DNA of 64,000 bases, from assembly GCA_030704615.1 (NCBI GenBank), contig CM060731.1:35588001-35652000 (forward strand). Direction: 5' to 3'. Shown piece after piece: positions 63,819 through 64,000 of this stretch. Within the stretch, counting starts at the first letter, position 1; each line of letters begins with the position of its first letter. Under the pieces are notes generated by a model, which was not told the origin of the DNA, did not search any database, and saw only the letters and a program-made list of their open reading frames with translations. The stretch comes from Takakia lepidozioides (lineage: Eukaryota > Plantae > Bryophyta). Both the position numbers and the translations under genes were made by a program.

Positions 63819-64000
63819 GCTCTCCTCGCCAACTAACACTGCGTCTGGGCATGTTACCAGCGATTATGTGCCAAACACATAGCAAGGCCCAATGCCTTGG
63901 GGCGGTGACTGAGTACTTTTCCGTCTCTGTCAAGGTTGTCCCCATCTTTGTATTTCCGAAGGCATGGAAGCTTGCAAGACATCCATCGTTTGTGGTTGGA

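Overview
This is eukaryotic nuclear DNA from a land plant, probably a non-seed plant such as a bryophyte or lycophyte (inferred from the PLS-PPR style and repeat content, not proven). It has spliceosomal introns throughout, so most short ORFs in the track are noise. Recognisable genes: P58IPK/DNAJC3 co-chaperone (-), cytosolic PheRS alpha (-), DAD1 (-) divergent from a complex-I-type ferredoxin (+), a PLS-class PPR gene with a damaged E domain, UFM1 (start codon split by an intron), a 5'-truncated peroxisomal APX3-like gene directly behind UFM1, an orphan secreted 115-aa protein, an intronless RGP/UDP-arabinopyranose mutase, a P-loop NTPase and a plastid CxxC protein. Two transposon-rich blocks (about 7.5-18 kb and 49.5-54.2 kb) contain Harbinger, Copia, hAT, CACTA and tRNA-SINE remnants. 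I see no prokaryote-style novel system. The strongest leads are a possible in-frame UFM1-APX3 read-through chimera, a palindromic repeat array upstream of UFM1, the orphan secreted protein and a class-1/class-2 mosaic RGP. Exon boundaries were read by eye and may be off by a few bases.
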